A stretch of 64,000 nucleotides of DNA from a virus: positions 23,476 to 87,475 of the IMG/VR virus record IMGVR_UViG_3300046373_000172; one strand, given 5' to 3'. Shown one piece after another: positions 39,085 through 48,369 of this stretch. Within the stretch, counting starts at the first letter, position 1; every line of letters starts with the position of its first letter. Both the position numbers and the translations under genes were made by a program. The notes under the pieces are model-generated. The model was not told where the DNA came from and searched no databases. It saw nothing but the letters and a program-made list of their open reading frames with translations.

Positions 39085-40765
39085 AGACTACCTTGAACGT
39101 TTGCGAGAAGTGCATGGTGACAAGTACACCTACCTGCGTATGGACGTAAAAGGGTGGAACTTCTCTATCACGTTCTCCTGCCCAGAGCACGGAGAACACA
39201 CCCAAGGCCTGCACAACCACTTAAAGGGCCGAGGCTGCAGGAAGTGCGGTTCGGCCGCACGTAAGAGAACTTTTGCAGATTGGGTAGCTAGCTTCAGAAA
39301 GGTGCACGGAGATGCTTACAGCTACCTGAGGGTCGAGGAAGTCAACGGAAATGCGTATGTGCACTACCTCTGCGAAAAGCACGGAGAACACCGGCAGACC
39401 GCGCATGATCACCTCAAAGGTGCCGGCTGCGTTCGGTGTGCTTATGCTTCTCGGAAAAGGACCGAGTCAGATTGGATCGAGGCGTTCAAAGCTGTGCACG
39501 GGACTACTTATGGGTATCTCGGCATGGAAGAGAAGAGGGAAGGCTACTTTAACGTGCTAGCTGTCTGCCCGGATCACGGAGAAGTGAAAATTGACGCCAA
39601 CACCCATCTGGCCGGCGCAGGTTGTCGGCTATGCGCCTGGAAATCGGCAGGAGAAAAGAATAAGGTAAGCCGGGAGGAGTACGTCGAACGCGCCAGAAGC
39701 GTACATGGAGAGCTTTACACCTACGGAGATCTGGTGGAGCCTGGACCTCTTCAAAAACTAGAGGTATTCTGCCCGGAGCACGGCCTGTTCGTGCAGAGGA
39801 TATCTGGCCACCTGTCTGGCTACGGTTGCCCCAAGTGCGTGGGCGTGATCTCCAGGCCGAACCTGGAGTTGCAGGGTTTCTTGGAAAGTCACGGCGCCGA
39901 GACGCGCCTGGAAGAACGCATCCCCGGAACCACCAAAAAGATGGACATCTTCCTGCCCGCCCAGCAACTTGGCATCGAATATCACGGCAACATCTGGCAC
40001 TCCAGCCGGTGGCAGCGCAGCGACGACGCCCATCTGACCCGCCTCCAGCTAGCTCAGGCGGCCGGGATCCGCCTGATCCAGATCTTCTCGGACGAGTGGA
40101 CCTGCCGGCGCCAGGCGGTGGAACTGCTGCTCAAGCGCGCGGCCGGCGTGCCGGAAGCTGCCGTGCACGGCAGGAAGTGCACCATCGTCGACGTCAGCCA
40201 CAAGGATGCCTCCAGCTTCTACGACCTGTGGCATGTGCAGGGGAAGACCACGGCCAGTTCTCAGTACGTCGGCCTGCAGCACGGCGACGACCTAGTGGCG
40301 GTGATGGGCTTCTCCTACAACACCTCGGCGCGGCGCGAGAAGGCGGCCCAGCACAAGGTGGAGTTGACCCGCTTCGCCACCTGCAGGTCGGTGCGCGGCG
40401 GCTTCTCGAAGTTGCTGCAGCACTGGCTTAAAAGCCACCCGGACGTCGAGCAGGTCGTGTCGTATTCCGACAACCGGCTGTTCCTGGGCCGGATGTACGA
40501 AGCGTGCGGGTTTGTGAAGGACGGCGAGGTGCCGATGGATTACACGTACCTGGACCAGCGCACCGACAAGCGCCTGCATAAGTCACACTTCCAGAAGTCG
40601 AAGTTGCGCAAACTCTTGGGCGAGCAGTACGATGACAGCCAGACCGAGAAGCAGATGACGCATGCGGCGAAAATCTTCCGGATCTACGACTGCGGCAAAA
40701 CACGCTGGGTGTTCAACGCTTGTACTTGGCGTTCATGTAGCTCAGCAGGCGCTGGCCGCCGTTGA
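39071..40765 (+). CDS. Hef-like free-standing endonuclease with four zinc-binding repeats
   Basis: 4x C..HG...HL.G.GC..C; nuclease MDIFLP...GIEYHG..WH; C-terminal ELTRFA...SYSD...RIYDCG domain. Confidence 0.8.
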   Translation: MAKLEDYLERLREVHGDKYTYLRMDVKGWNFSITFSCPEHGEHTQGLHNHLKGRGCRKCGSAARKRTFADWVASFRKVHGDAYSYLRVEEVNGNAYVHYLCEKHGEHRQTAHDHLKGAGCVRCAYASRKRTESDWIEAFKAVHGTTYGYLGMEEKREGYFNVLAVCPDHGEVKIDANTHLAGAGCRLCAWKSAGEKNKVSREEYVERARSVHGELYTYGDLVEPGPLQKLEVFCPEHGLFVQRISGHLSGYGCPKCVGVISRPNLELQGFLESHGAETRLEERIPGTTKKMDIFLPAQQLGIEYHGNIWHSSRWQRSDDAHLTRLQLAQAAGIRLIQIFSDEWTCRRQAVELLLKRAAGVPEAAVHGRKCTIVDVSHKDASSFYDLWHVQGKTTASSQYVGLQHGDDLVAVMGFSYNTSARREKAAQHKVELTRFATCRSVRGGFSKLLQHWLKSHPDVEQVVSYSDNRLFLGRMYEACGFVKDGEVPMDYTYLDQRTDKRLHKSHFQKSKLRKLLGEQYDDSQTEKQMTHAAKIFRIYDCGKTRWVFNACTWRSCSSAGAGRR

Positions 40766-41198
40766 TCAGGTTGACCGGGCGCAGGTTCAGCGTCACCGCC
40801 TGGGCGTCGGTCACAGTGGTGCCGGTCAGCCCAAGTGGGGTGGCGTTGACGAAGCGCACCTTGTCGTTGATGCCAAAGGCGACGAACTTGGCCCGGGTGA
40901 AGGCGAAGTTGACCGCATCCGGATCGCCTTTCTGGAAAACCCGGGACTCGGCCAGGTCCCATTTGCCGTGCCCGGTTTTCGCCGGCCAGACACGGTAATC
41001 CGCCTCGGTGCCGTTGACGACCAGGCGCCAGTTGCTGACAAAATCGCCCGAATACTGCGGCGACACGTTCAGCAGATCCTTGAACATGTAGAACACCTTC
41101 TGCCGGTACTGCTTGTCAGCCTCGGTGGCGACGCGCTTGATCAGCTTGGTGAAGGTGGCGGCGTTCTTGGCGCGCGCGTCGGCGCGGATTCGGAGCAT
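40713..41198 (-). CDS. neck / tail completion protein
   Basis: SPQYSGDFVSNW pattern; position. Confidence 0.7.
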   Translation of the reverse strand: MLRIRADARAKNAATFTKLIKRVATEADKQYRQKVFYMFKDLLNVSPQYSGDFVSNWRLVVNGTEADYRVWPAKTGHGKWDLAESRVFQKGDPDAVNFAFTRAKFVAFGINDKVRFVNATPLGLTGTTVTDAQAVTLNLRPVNLINGGQRLLSYMNAKYKR

Positions 41199-41200
41199 GG

Positions 41201-42034
41201 TTACCGCCGTACGTGCAAGGCGTAGGCGTCCAATTCCGGCACCACGGCCAGCACGCGCCAGGTCACGCCCAGCATCGTGATGGTGGCGCTGACCTTCGGC
41301 GCCGTCACGGATTGCGCGATGAAGACGGTGCGGTCGCCCGGCTGGCGGTCGGCCTCGGCGGCGTCGCGGAACTGGTAGTACTTGGCCTGGTCGGTCTGCA
41401 CGCCGTGCGTGTTGACCGTCACCGTCGCCATGGTGTCGGTAGCGATGTCGATCGTCCCGTTGTGGGTGAACGTGATGGCCTGGTAGGCGTCGTCGTCGAA
41501 CTCGTCCGACTCGGCGACTAAGTACTCGTCGACCGTCTCGTAGACGCTGCGAATGCGGTAAATGCGGCTACCCTGGCGCAGGAACTGGCCGCGCGCCATC
41601 GGCTCGCTGAAGGGGCAGAAGATGTTCCACATGACGTCGAGTTCGGCTTCGGTCAGCTGGTTCTGGGTGTCGCGGTAGAACTCGCGGTGCGCGTGGAAGC
41701 TGACGCCGGCCTGCCCAAGGCTGGCCTGCGCCGGCGTCAGGCGCTCCATCAGACCTGTCGACTTCTTCAAGCCGAAGCTTTTCCGGATGCTGGTGCCGCC
41801 GAACGAGTCGACGTTGCTGTTGCCCATCACCCAGAAGCTGTCGTCGATCTTGACGGCGCGGCGCGTGGGCGCGTTGACGCCGACGGCGGTGCGCATGGTG
41901 CGCCGGCGCGAGGTGGCGCCCGAGCTGGACTGGTCGTCATGCGCCTTGGTATGGGCGCGAAAAAGATACGCCCCCGAGTAGGCGTCGAAAATGGGGTCGT
42001 CGTTGAAGTACCGACTGACGTTGGCCAGCTTCAT
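41201..42034 (-). CDS. head closure / head-tail joining protein
   Basis: TAATG coupling, MKLANVSRY; position. Confidence 0.7.
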   Translation of the reverse strand: MKLANVSRYFNDDPIFDAYSGAYLFRAHTKAHDDQSSSGATSRRRTMRTAVGVNAPTRRAVKIDDSFWVMGNSNVDSFGGTSIRKSFGLKKSTGLMERLTPAQASLGQAGVSFHAHREFYRDTQNQLTEAELDVMWNIFCPFSEPMARGQFLRQGSRIYRIRSVYETVDEYLVAESDEFDDDAYQAITFTHNGTIDIATDTMATVTVNTHGVQTDQAKYYQFRDAAEADRQPGDRTVFIAQSVTAPKVSATITMLGVTWRVLAVVPELDAYALHVRR

Positions 42035-42522
42035 TAGCCGGTCACAGGGTCGGTGCCCAGCGGGGAGGCGATGACCAAGGTGCGCGCCGGGGTCTCCGGC
42101 ACGGCCGGCTCGGACGGGAACAGTTCGCCATACAGCGCGCCGATCTTGACCTTCAGGTTGTCCAGCATGGCCTCGATGTCGCCGCGCAGGTTGCTGTACG
42201 GGTCGAGGATGCGGTCGAACTGGTCCTTCTCGGACTTGATCGTCTTCGGGGCGAACATCTTCACCGACAACACCAGCTGCTGCGCCACCTGATAGGCGGA
42301 CCAAGTCGCCACGACGTTCACGAAGCGGGCCTGCGTGCGCGTCTTGGGGGCGGTCTCCTGGACGATGGCGAAGTGGTCCGGCAGGTCGAGGCCAAGGTCA
42401 TACAGGGCCTCGTCGAGCACGGTGCTGTAGACGGGGTCCAGGATGGTGACGTCTTCCAACTCCTGCTCGGAGACGCCCAGGATGGCCCGGATGCTATCGG
42501 GGCTGGTGTAGGCGGTGATCAT
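42034..42522 (-). CDS. head-tail adaptor protein
   Basis: YTSPDSIRAILGV; position after capsid. Confidence 0.7.
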   Translation of the reverse strand: MITAYTSPDSIRAILGVSEQELEDVTILDPVYSTVLDEALYDLGLDLPDHFAIVQETAPKTRTQARFVNVVATWSAYQVAQQLVLSVKMFAPKTIKSEKDQFDRILDPYSNLRGDIEAMLDNLKVKIGALYGELFPSEPAVPETPARTLVIASPLGTDPVTG

Positions 42523-42525
42523 GAT

Positions 42526-42771
42526 TTAGTCTTTTTCGATCTTCGGGCTGTTCGGCTGCTTGGGCTTTTGCACCTTGGGCGTCACGTCCTCGGCCATGTC
42601 GGTCTCGACCAGGGTCGGCTGGCCGGCCATCCAGTCGTCGGAGTCGATCAGGTACTTCACGCCCGGCTCGAAGTAGTGGTCGCGCAGCGGGTGATGCATG
42701 CGATACGCGCCGACGTTGACGAACAGCGTGGTGGATGCTTTGTCGATGACCTTGATGTCGTTGATGCTCAT
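42526..42771 (-). CDS. small head-associated hypothetical protein
   Basis: GGAG RBS; MSINDIKVIDK. Confidence 0.65.
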   Translation of the reverse strand: MSINDIKVIDKASTTLFVNVGAYRMHHPLRDHYFEPGVKYLIDSDDWMAGQPTLVETDMAEDVTPKVQKPKQPNSPKIEKD

Positions 42772-42848
42772 GCGGTTTCTCCGGTTGTGGTATGGGAATT
42801 GCTTCTGCGAAATTATGCCACGGAAATGACAGTTTGGACACGCCAATA

Positions 42849-42874
42849 AGAAACGGCCCTTTCGGGCCGTTTCT
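42849..42874 (-). terminator. terminator after major capsid gene
   Basis: AGAAACGGCCC / GGGCCGTTTCT stem with GAAA loop on the minus strand. Confidence 0.85.
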
Positions 42875-42890
42875 GCGGGGTGCTTTTCGA

Positions 42891-44108
42891 TTACGCGATG
42901 GTCAGCACATCGAAGCCGAGCACTTCGGTAGGGAAAAGTCTTGCGACCGTCTCGCTCCAGTGCACGACTAGGCTTTCGCTGCGGCGCAGGACGAACGCTT
43001 CGGTGGCGGTGTAAGCCGCTTCCGTGTTTTCGATGATCATGAACGCCTGCTTCGAGTCCAGCGCCCATACGGTGTTGGCCGGTACTGGGCCGCCGTCGGT
43101 GGCTGCGTCGACGATCATCCAGCGGACTTCACCGCCGAACGGTACTGGCGATGCCGGCACCAGCTGCGGGTCGATGCGCGCCAGGGTCGGATCGTAGTTG
43201 TTCGAGCCAGGGCGACCGGTGCGGCTTTCGATTTTCAGGTACGTATCGATGTCGCAGATCAGGTAGTCGATGTGACGCTTTTTGCGGTTGCGGGCCAGGA
43301 ACTTGACCCACGATTTGTGCGTCACGACGCCGCCGGTCGCAGCCGAGTCCAGGGACGTGGTCGTCACGGCCGCGATGGCCGAGGTACCGAAGTCCAGGTC
43401 GCCAGCGAACAGGTCGGTCAGGTAGCCGTAGACGCGGGCATCCTTCTCGATCTGGAAGAAGCGCTTCAGGGTCAGGTTGAACAGGTCCAGGGACGTGTTG
43501 TTCAGCGCCTTGTCCGACATCTCGATACCCACACCGAAGGTTGGGATCGTTTTGTAGGTGTCGCTGGTGGTCAGCGCCAACATGGTTGGCACTTGCGACA
43601 GCTGCGTCACGCGCGAGGCGCGCGCCTGGTTGGCGCCGGTATTGGCACCGCCGACGTTGTTGTAGTTCAGCAACGGCTGGGCGAAGGTGTCACCCGCCAC
43701 TGGCAGGCTGGTGGCCGACATCTGGCGGAACACGACATCGTCGGTCACGCGATCAGGCTGGATCTGGTCTTCAATCGCAGCGACCACGGCCAGCGGGAAC
43801 AGCGTGCGCGACTGGTTGCCGAACGGATCGGTCTTGCGTTCGACGTTGGTCGCTGCCGAGTAGCCGCTGGTGCCGTCCATGATGGAGGCCAGGGTCGGCG
43901 AGCGCAGGCCGAAGGCGTTGTTGTTGCCTGCCAAGCCTTCGGAGGCCAGGATCTGCTTGAACGGCGAGCCGTACTTCGGATCGTGGTCCGCATACTTGCG
44001 GTTGAGCAGCTGTTCGACGCTCAGTTTGGCATCGCGTGCCTCGGTGTAGACCGAGAACGCGATCGGCGTGTCTTGCTTAACGCCAGCCTTGTCGATGATA
44101 AATGCCAT
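42891..44108 (-). CDS. major capsid protein
   Basis: 405 aa, AGGAG RBS, follows protease and decoration genes, own terminator. Confidence 0.85.
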   Translation of the reverse strand: MAFIIDKAGVKQDTPIAFSVYTEARDAKLSVEQLLNRKYADHDPKYGSPFKQILASEGLAGNNNAFGLRSPTLASIMDGTSGYSAATNVERKTDPFGNQSRTLFPLAVVAAIEDQIQPDRVTDDVVFRQMSATSLPVAGDTFAQPLLNYNNVGGANTGANQARASRVTQLSQVPTMLALTTSDTYKTIPTFGVGIEMSDKALNNTSLDLFNLTLKRFFQIEKDARVYGYLTDLFAGDLDFGTSAIAAVTTTSLDSAATGGVVTHKSWVKFLARNRKKRHIDYLICDIDTYLKIESRTGRPGSNNYDPTLARIDPQLVPASPVPFGGEVRWMIVDAATDGGPVPANTVWALDSKQAFMIIENTEAAYTATEAFVLRRSESLVVHWSETVARLFPTEVLGFDVLTIA

Positions 44109-44132
44109 GGTAGTGCTCCTGTAAGGGTTGGG

Positions 44133-44675
44133 TTAGCGGCCGGTCGAGACGCGCTCGATGGTGATCTCGGTGCCGACGGCGCCGGTGCCAACCGCGCCCA
44201 GGGAAACGACACGCCAGGCGTTCAGCGATGCGAGCACTTGTGCGCCGGCGGCGGTCAAGTCCGCTGGGACAGCGCCAGGCTGCACGGTGGCCTTGCATAC
44301 TTTCGGGTAGCCGGTACTGGCCGACAGGTAGGTGCCTTTGGCTACCACGGTGCCGGTGACGACATAGTCGCCAGCGGCGATGGTGCCGGTGCCAGGCGTG
44401 GCTTGCAGACCGTCAGCGATGACGGTAATCTTGTCGCGGCGATTGATCGCGCCGATGGTCCAGCCACCCGCGGTGGCTGGTTCGATCGAGGTGATGATGC
44501 CTTCGATCGGATTGCCGGCTGCGCACAGGTTGTAGGTGTCGGTAGCCGACAGCTTGACGAATTTCCAGATGTCAGCAGGACCCAGGTTGTTCGAGGAGCC
44601 GGTGCCGGCGCCCAGACGGACGGTTTCCGAATCCGACGAAGGGCCGGCCGGACGAATGTAGTGAAGTTTGGACAT
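44133..44675 (-). CDS. capsid decoration protein
   Basis: small Gly/Thr/Ala beta protein between scaffold and capsid. Confidence 0.75.
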   Translation of the reverse strand: MSKLHYIRPAGPSSDSETVRLGAGTGSSNNLGPADIWKFVKLSATDTYNLCAAGNPIEGIITSIEPATAGGWTIGAINRRDKITVIADGLQATPGTGTIAAGDYVVTGTVVAKGTYLSASTGYPKVCKATVQPGAVPADLTAAGAQVLASLNAWRVVSLGAVGTGAVGTEITIERVSTGR

Positions 44676-44686
44676 GGCTTACTCCG

Positions 44687-45253
44687 TTATTTGGATTGGA
44701 AGGTGCTGGTACGCGCGAGGAAGTCGGGGTCGATCGCCGGCTTGGCCGCCTCGCTGGCCGACTTGGTGACCTGTCCCGGCTTGAAGCGCTCCAGGAACAG
44801 CGGCTTGACGCGCGCATGTTCGGCGATCACGGTGGTGGCGTCCATGGCGTCGGCCGCGGCGGCAGTACCACCCATCGGCACCAGCATGTTGGCGACGGCG
44901 CCGCGCGCGATGGCCAGCAGGCCGTCGTGGTTGGCGGTCATCGACTGGGTCGAGGCTTTCAGGTTGGTCAGTTCGACGTTGGCGGCCAGCAGGCTGGCGT
45001 TGGCGACGGACAGCTGCGACTTCAGCAGGTCATTGACCGACTCGGTCGCGGCGACCACTGGAGGCACGACCACCGTATCGGCAGCAGCCTTGGTCGCGGC
45101 GTCGGTTGCCGCTTGCGCAGCCAGACGTGCGGTTTCCGCTTCGGCCGCCAGGCGGTCGATTTCAGCCTGCTCTTCCGGCGTGATGACGATCCCCAGCGAG
45201 GCCAGGGTGGCGCCACCAGCGATGGCGGCAATTTGTTCAGCGGTCAAATACAT
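44687..45253 (-). CDS. nested scaffolding protein (internal in-frame start)
   Basis: AAAGGTG RBS before MYLTAEQ; promoter just upstream. Confidence 0.65.
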   Translation of the reverse strand: MYLTAEQIAAIAGGATLASLGIVITPEEQAEIDRLAAEAETARLAAQAATDAATKAAADTVVVPPVVAATESVNDLLKSQLSVANASLLAANVELTNLKASTQSMTANHDGLLAIARGAVANMLVPMGGTAAAADAMDATTVIAEHARVKPLFLERFKPGQVTKSASEAAKPAIDPDFLARTSTFQSK

Positions 45254-46096
45254 AGTGGCACCTTTAGAATTTGAAGAAGTATGTTTCCCAGAAGAACCCT
45301 TGTCAAGCAATTTTAATGCCTGCGGATAAGATCCGATGCTGTCGGCCAAGCCGGCGGTAATCGCGCGCTGGCCGAGGAAGGTCCGACCGTCGGTTGCTTC
45401 CTTCAGCTGGTCGGCGCTCATGGTGGGGCGATTCTTGCGGACGGTGTCCTTGAACATCTTGTGCAGGTCGTCGAGCTGGGACTGGACCTGGGCTTCCGCT
45501 TCCGGGGTCAGGGGCTCGAACGGGTTGACCCGCGCCTTCATGTCGCCGGCGCGCAGCACCTTGACGGTGATGCCCTCGGCGGCCAGCTGCTTGCTGTACT
45601 CCTTGGCCACCATCAGGATCCCAAGGCTGCCCACCTCGGCCGTTGGCGCCATGACGATCGGGCCGGCCACGGACGAGCCGGACCAGAACGCAGCGGAGGC
45701 CATGGTGTCGGGGACGTAGGTCAGAGACGGCTTGGTCTTGCTGAGCTTGTTGAGGGTGGCGGCGAATTCGGCCAGGCCGTGGACGTGGCCGCCGCCGGAC
45801 GAGACGTTGAACATCAGGCTCTTGACTTCCGGATCGGACGCGGCGGCGGTGGCAGCGGCGGCGATGTCGTCGTACCCGACCACGCCGTACAGCTGCATCC
45901 AGCCCGCGGAGCCGTTGATCAGGCTGCCGGAAATCTGTACCACGCCGGTCGAGCCGATCTTGTCCCACAACGGCGGCAAGTCGGCCGCGGTCGGGGCGTT
46001 ACCGTAGCGGCCCTGTTTCTGGCCTTCGGCCACTTTCTGTTCGGCCAGCGTGACGGCGTTGAAGGAGGTCTCTGTGCCTGCCCAAAAAATATACAT
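44687..46096 (-). CDS. S49 prohead protease with C-terminal scaffold
   Basis: SSGGG, MASAAFW, VGSLG, AGDMK, GLADSIG. Confidence 0.9.
   Translation of the reverse strand: MYIFWAGTETSFNAVTLAEQKVAEGQKQGRYGNAPTAADLPPLWDKIGSTGVVQISGSLINGSAGWMQLYGVVGYDDIAAAATAAASDPEVKSLMFNVSSGGGHVHGLAEFAATLNKLSKTKPSLTYVPDTMASAAFWSGSSVAGPIVMAPTAEVGSLGILMVAKEYSKQLAAEGITVKVLRAGDMKARVNPFEPLTPEAEAQVQSQLDDLHKMFKDTVRKNRPTMSADQLKEATDGRTFLGQRAITAGLADSIGSYPQALKLLDKGSSGKHTSSNSKGATMYLTAEQIAAIAGGATLASLGIVITPEEQAEIDRLAAEAETARLAAQAATDAATKAAADTVVVPPVVAATESVNDLLKSQLSVANASLLAANVELTNLKASTQSMTANHDGLLAIARGAVANMLVPMGGTAAAADAMDATTVIAEHARVKPLFLERFKPGQVTKSASEAAKPAIDPDFLARTSTFQSK
45278..45306 (-). promoter_or_regulatory. internal sigma70 promoter within protease gene
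   Basis: TTGACA-N17-CATACT in an AT-rich patch of coding sequence. Confidence 0.75.
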
Positions 46097-46097
46097 G

Positions 46098-46856
46098 CTA
46101 AGCCTCAGCTTTCTCAAGTAAATACCAACCTTTACAGGTTTTACTGGTACCTAGCCTTAATTTATTTAGACTGGAATTTGTTTGGTAGGTCAGTCTCATT
46201 TCTGCCTCAGACGCAAAAACTTCCCTGCCGTCTTTATGCTTGTACCAGGCCTTGAATAACCCTGGCCACCTACTCTGTACAATTTGCCTTCTTTCAGACA
46301 TAAACCACCCGAACAATATAAGAGCTTTTCCCTCCACTAGCCGGTCTAAATCGCACCAGGCTCCCTCAAGGTATTCTGGTATATGTAATCTACGTAAATC
46401 CCACTTTGAGCAGGTTACTGACCTGCCGTCTACGTGTTCGAAGTTCCAGACTTCCGTGTCTGTTGCTTCCTTTCCGTTGACCCTTGCGTACTCTCGGACT
46501 TTCTGCCGGAGGATGTTCTTGGTAGTTTCCGTCAAGGTCTTTTTAGAGTTTCCGCCGGAGTCAAGGTTATACCCGTGAGGTGCGACACAGTTTAGTGAGG
46601 CGATCCACGAAACTTCTAACATGTCCAGCTGGCTTTTTAAGCATAATTTCAAAACTCGAAAAGAGAAATTTTCTGCCCCATACTTCAAAAGAGCAGAGGA
46701 TATTGCAGATTTATTTTTTGAGCAGAGATGCGCGGACCACCTACTGAATATGTGCACAGACTGTCCGACGTAAACTTTACCGTTCAGATTGTTGGTTATA
46801 CTGTAAATCCCGCAGAGCCTACTTTTAGACTTTTTAAGGACTTTGCGCTTACTCAT
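46098..46856 (-). CDS. GIY-YIG homing endonuclease
   Basis: GIYSITN..NGKVYVGQS..I..RW..H, GYNL..GG; much lower GC than flanks. Confidence 0.9.
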   Translation of the reverse strand: MSKRKVLKKSKSRLCGIYSITNNLNGKVYVGQSVHIFSRWSAHLCSKNKSAISSALLKYGAENFSFRVLKLCLKSQLDMLEVSWIASLNCVAPHGYNLDSGGNSKKTLTETTKNILRQKVREYARVNGKEATDTEVWNFEHVDGRSVTCSKWDLRRLHIPEYLEGAWCDLDRLVEGKALILFGWFMSERRQIVQSRWPGLFKAWYKHKDGREVFASEAEMRLTYQTNSSLNKLRLGTSKTCKGWYLLEKAEA

Positions 46857-48331
46857 TTTGCAGGCCCTTTCGGCTGAGTCGGCGCCTTGTTGCGGTTGGC
46901 GCCCAGGTTGGAAGTTTGCGAATCCGGGTTGGCGGCCGGCGCCACGGCGACCGGGTTCTTGAAGTCGGTGCCCATGCGCGGCGTGTAGCCTTTTGGCGGC
47001 AGTTCGCCGGTCAGGCGCAGGCAGACTTCCTCGTCGGTGACCAAGCCGAGGGACAGCAGGTTGGTCCAGTATTCGTAGGCCATCTGGCGGTAGGCCATCA
47101 GTTCGGACTTGGGGCGCAGTTCGATCTCGTCGAATTCGAAGGCGACCGTCACGTCCAAGCCAAACAGGCGCACGGCTAAGGTCATGGCCTTGCTGTACAG
47201 CTCCTGCAACTTCAGGCGGATCATGCCGTTGGCGTTGAGCATGAACAGCTGGATGTCGGCGTCGGCCGCCGAGGCGGCGCGGTTACCATGCCCAAGGATG
47301 GTGGCCGGTGTCTTCATGGCCGTGCTCATCTTGCCGTTCAGGATGTTCTGCACGCCGTCGAAGGTCTTGCTCATGTCGGCCTGGGTGCCGTCGACGTACT
47401 TGTATTCGAAGAAGTCGTAGTGGACCAGCGCCTCTTCGACGCCCAGGTTGTTGACCGCGGCCTCGACGTCGGCGATCACGCCGTTCAAGTAGGCGGTCAG
47501 CGCGGTCTCGTCGTTGAGCAGGTAGCGCGGGATGCGCGCGCGCAGCTTCTCTTCGTCGATCGAGATGTCGATGCGCGGGTAGACGGCGCGGCCACACACC
47601 CGGCGCAGGTCGTTCAGGAAAGTCGTACTGCCCAGCACCGGCTGGATTGCCGCTTCCAGCGGTGACTGCGGGTAGGCGTCGCGCAGGTCTGGGTCCAGCG
47701 CCACATAGAAGAAGGTGGCGATGTCGAGGTCGATGTCTTTGCCGCCGATGCGCTGGACCGGCCGGGTGCCGTTGCCATCCTCGAAAAAGATCAGGTGGGT
47801 GACGTCGACCGGCATGAACTGGGACGGTAGGCGCGACTTGTCGAGCACCAGTTCCAGGCCCATGGCGCCGGTCTGCTGGATCTGCTTGCCCAAGGCTTCG
47901 GACACCGAGCGTAGCGAGCCGACGTGCGAAAAGCCGTTGTCGTAGTCGGCCATGGTGTTCATCTGGCGCAACAGCTGCATCGCCAGGCGGGTGGCGTCGA
48001 CGTTGAAGCTGCCGTCCGGGTCGCGCGCGATGGCGATGAATTTCTCCGGGATGCCGACGCGGTTGTGCGCGGCCTGGGAGGCGTTCAGCTCGGGGTTGAC
48101 GCGCGACAGCGACCGGATCGTATCGATCGAGGTCGCGCCATTGCGGTAGGTGCTGGTCAGATCAACGTTGGCGACGTTGAACGAGGGTTTCTGGATCTGA
48201 GCTTTGCCCGGTTCAGCCGACTTGCGCCAATCCGGAATAGCCAAGCCGCCGCCTTTTGGCGGTTTTGGGGGCGGCTGAGGCGGCAAAGCCGTCAGGGCCT
48301 GGTAGTCCGGTTGGTAGTCTTCTGGGCGCAT
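46853..48331 (-). CDS. portal protein
   Basis: 492 aa between terminase and protease; SPLEAA, TPATILG. Confidence 0.8.
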   Translation of the reverse strand: MRPEDYQPDYQALTALPPQPPPKPPKGGGLAIPDWRKSAEPGKAQIQKPSFNVANVDLTSTYRNGATSIDTIRSLSRVNPELNASQAAHNRVGIPEKFIAIARDPDGSFNVDATRLAMQLLRQMNTMADYDNGFSHVGSLRSVSEALGKQIQQTGAMGLELVLDKSRLPSQFMPVDVTHLIFFEDGNGTRPVQRIGGKDIDLDIATFFYVALDPDLRDAYPQSPLEAAIQPVLGSTTFLNDLRRVCGRAVYPRIDISIDEEKLRARIPRYLLNDETALTAYLNGVIADVEAAVNNLGVEEALVHYDFFEYKYVDGTQADMSKTFDGVQNILNGKMSTAMKTPATILGHGNRAASAADADIQLFMLNANGMIRLKLQELYSKAMTLAVRLFGLDVTVAFEFDEIELRPKSELMAYRQMAYEYWTNLLSLGLVTDEEVCLRLTGELPPKGYTPRMGTDFKNPVAVAPAANPDSQTSNLGANRNKAPTQPKGPAK

Positions 48332-48340
48332 AGTAGTTGA

Positions 48341-48369
48341 ATTCTGGCATGGAACTTGCCTTTGGTCAA
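48341..48369 (-). promoter_or_regulatory. late promoter copy 2
   Basis: TTGACC-AAAGGCAAGTTCCATGC-CAGAAT. Confidence 0.75.
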
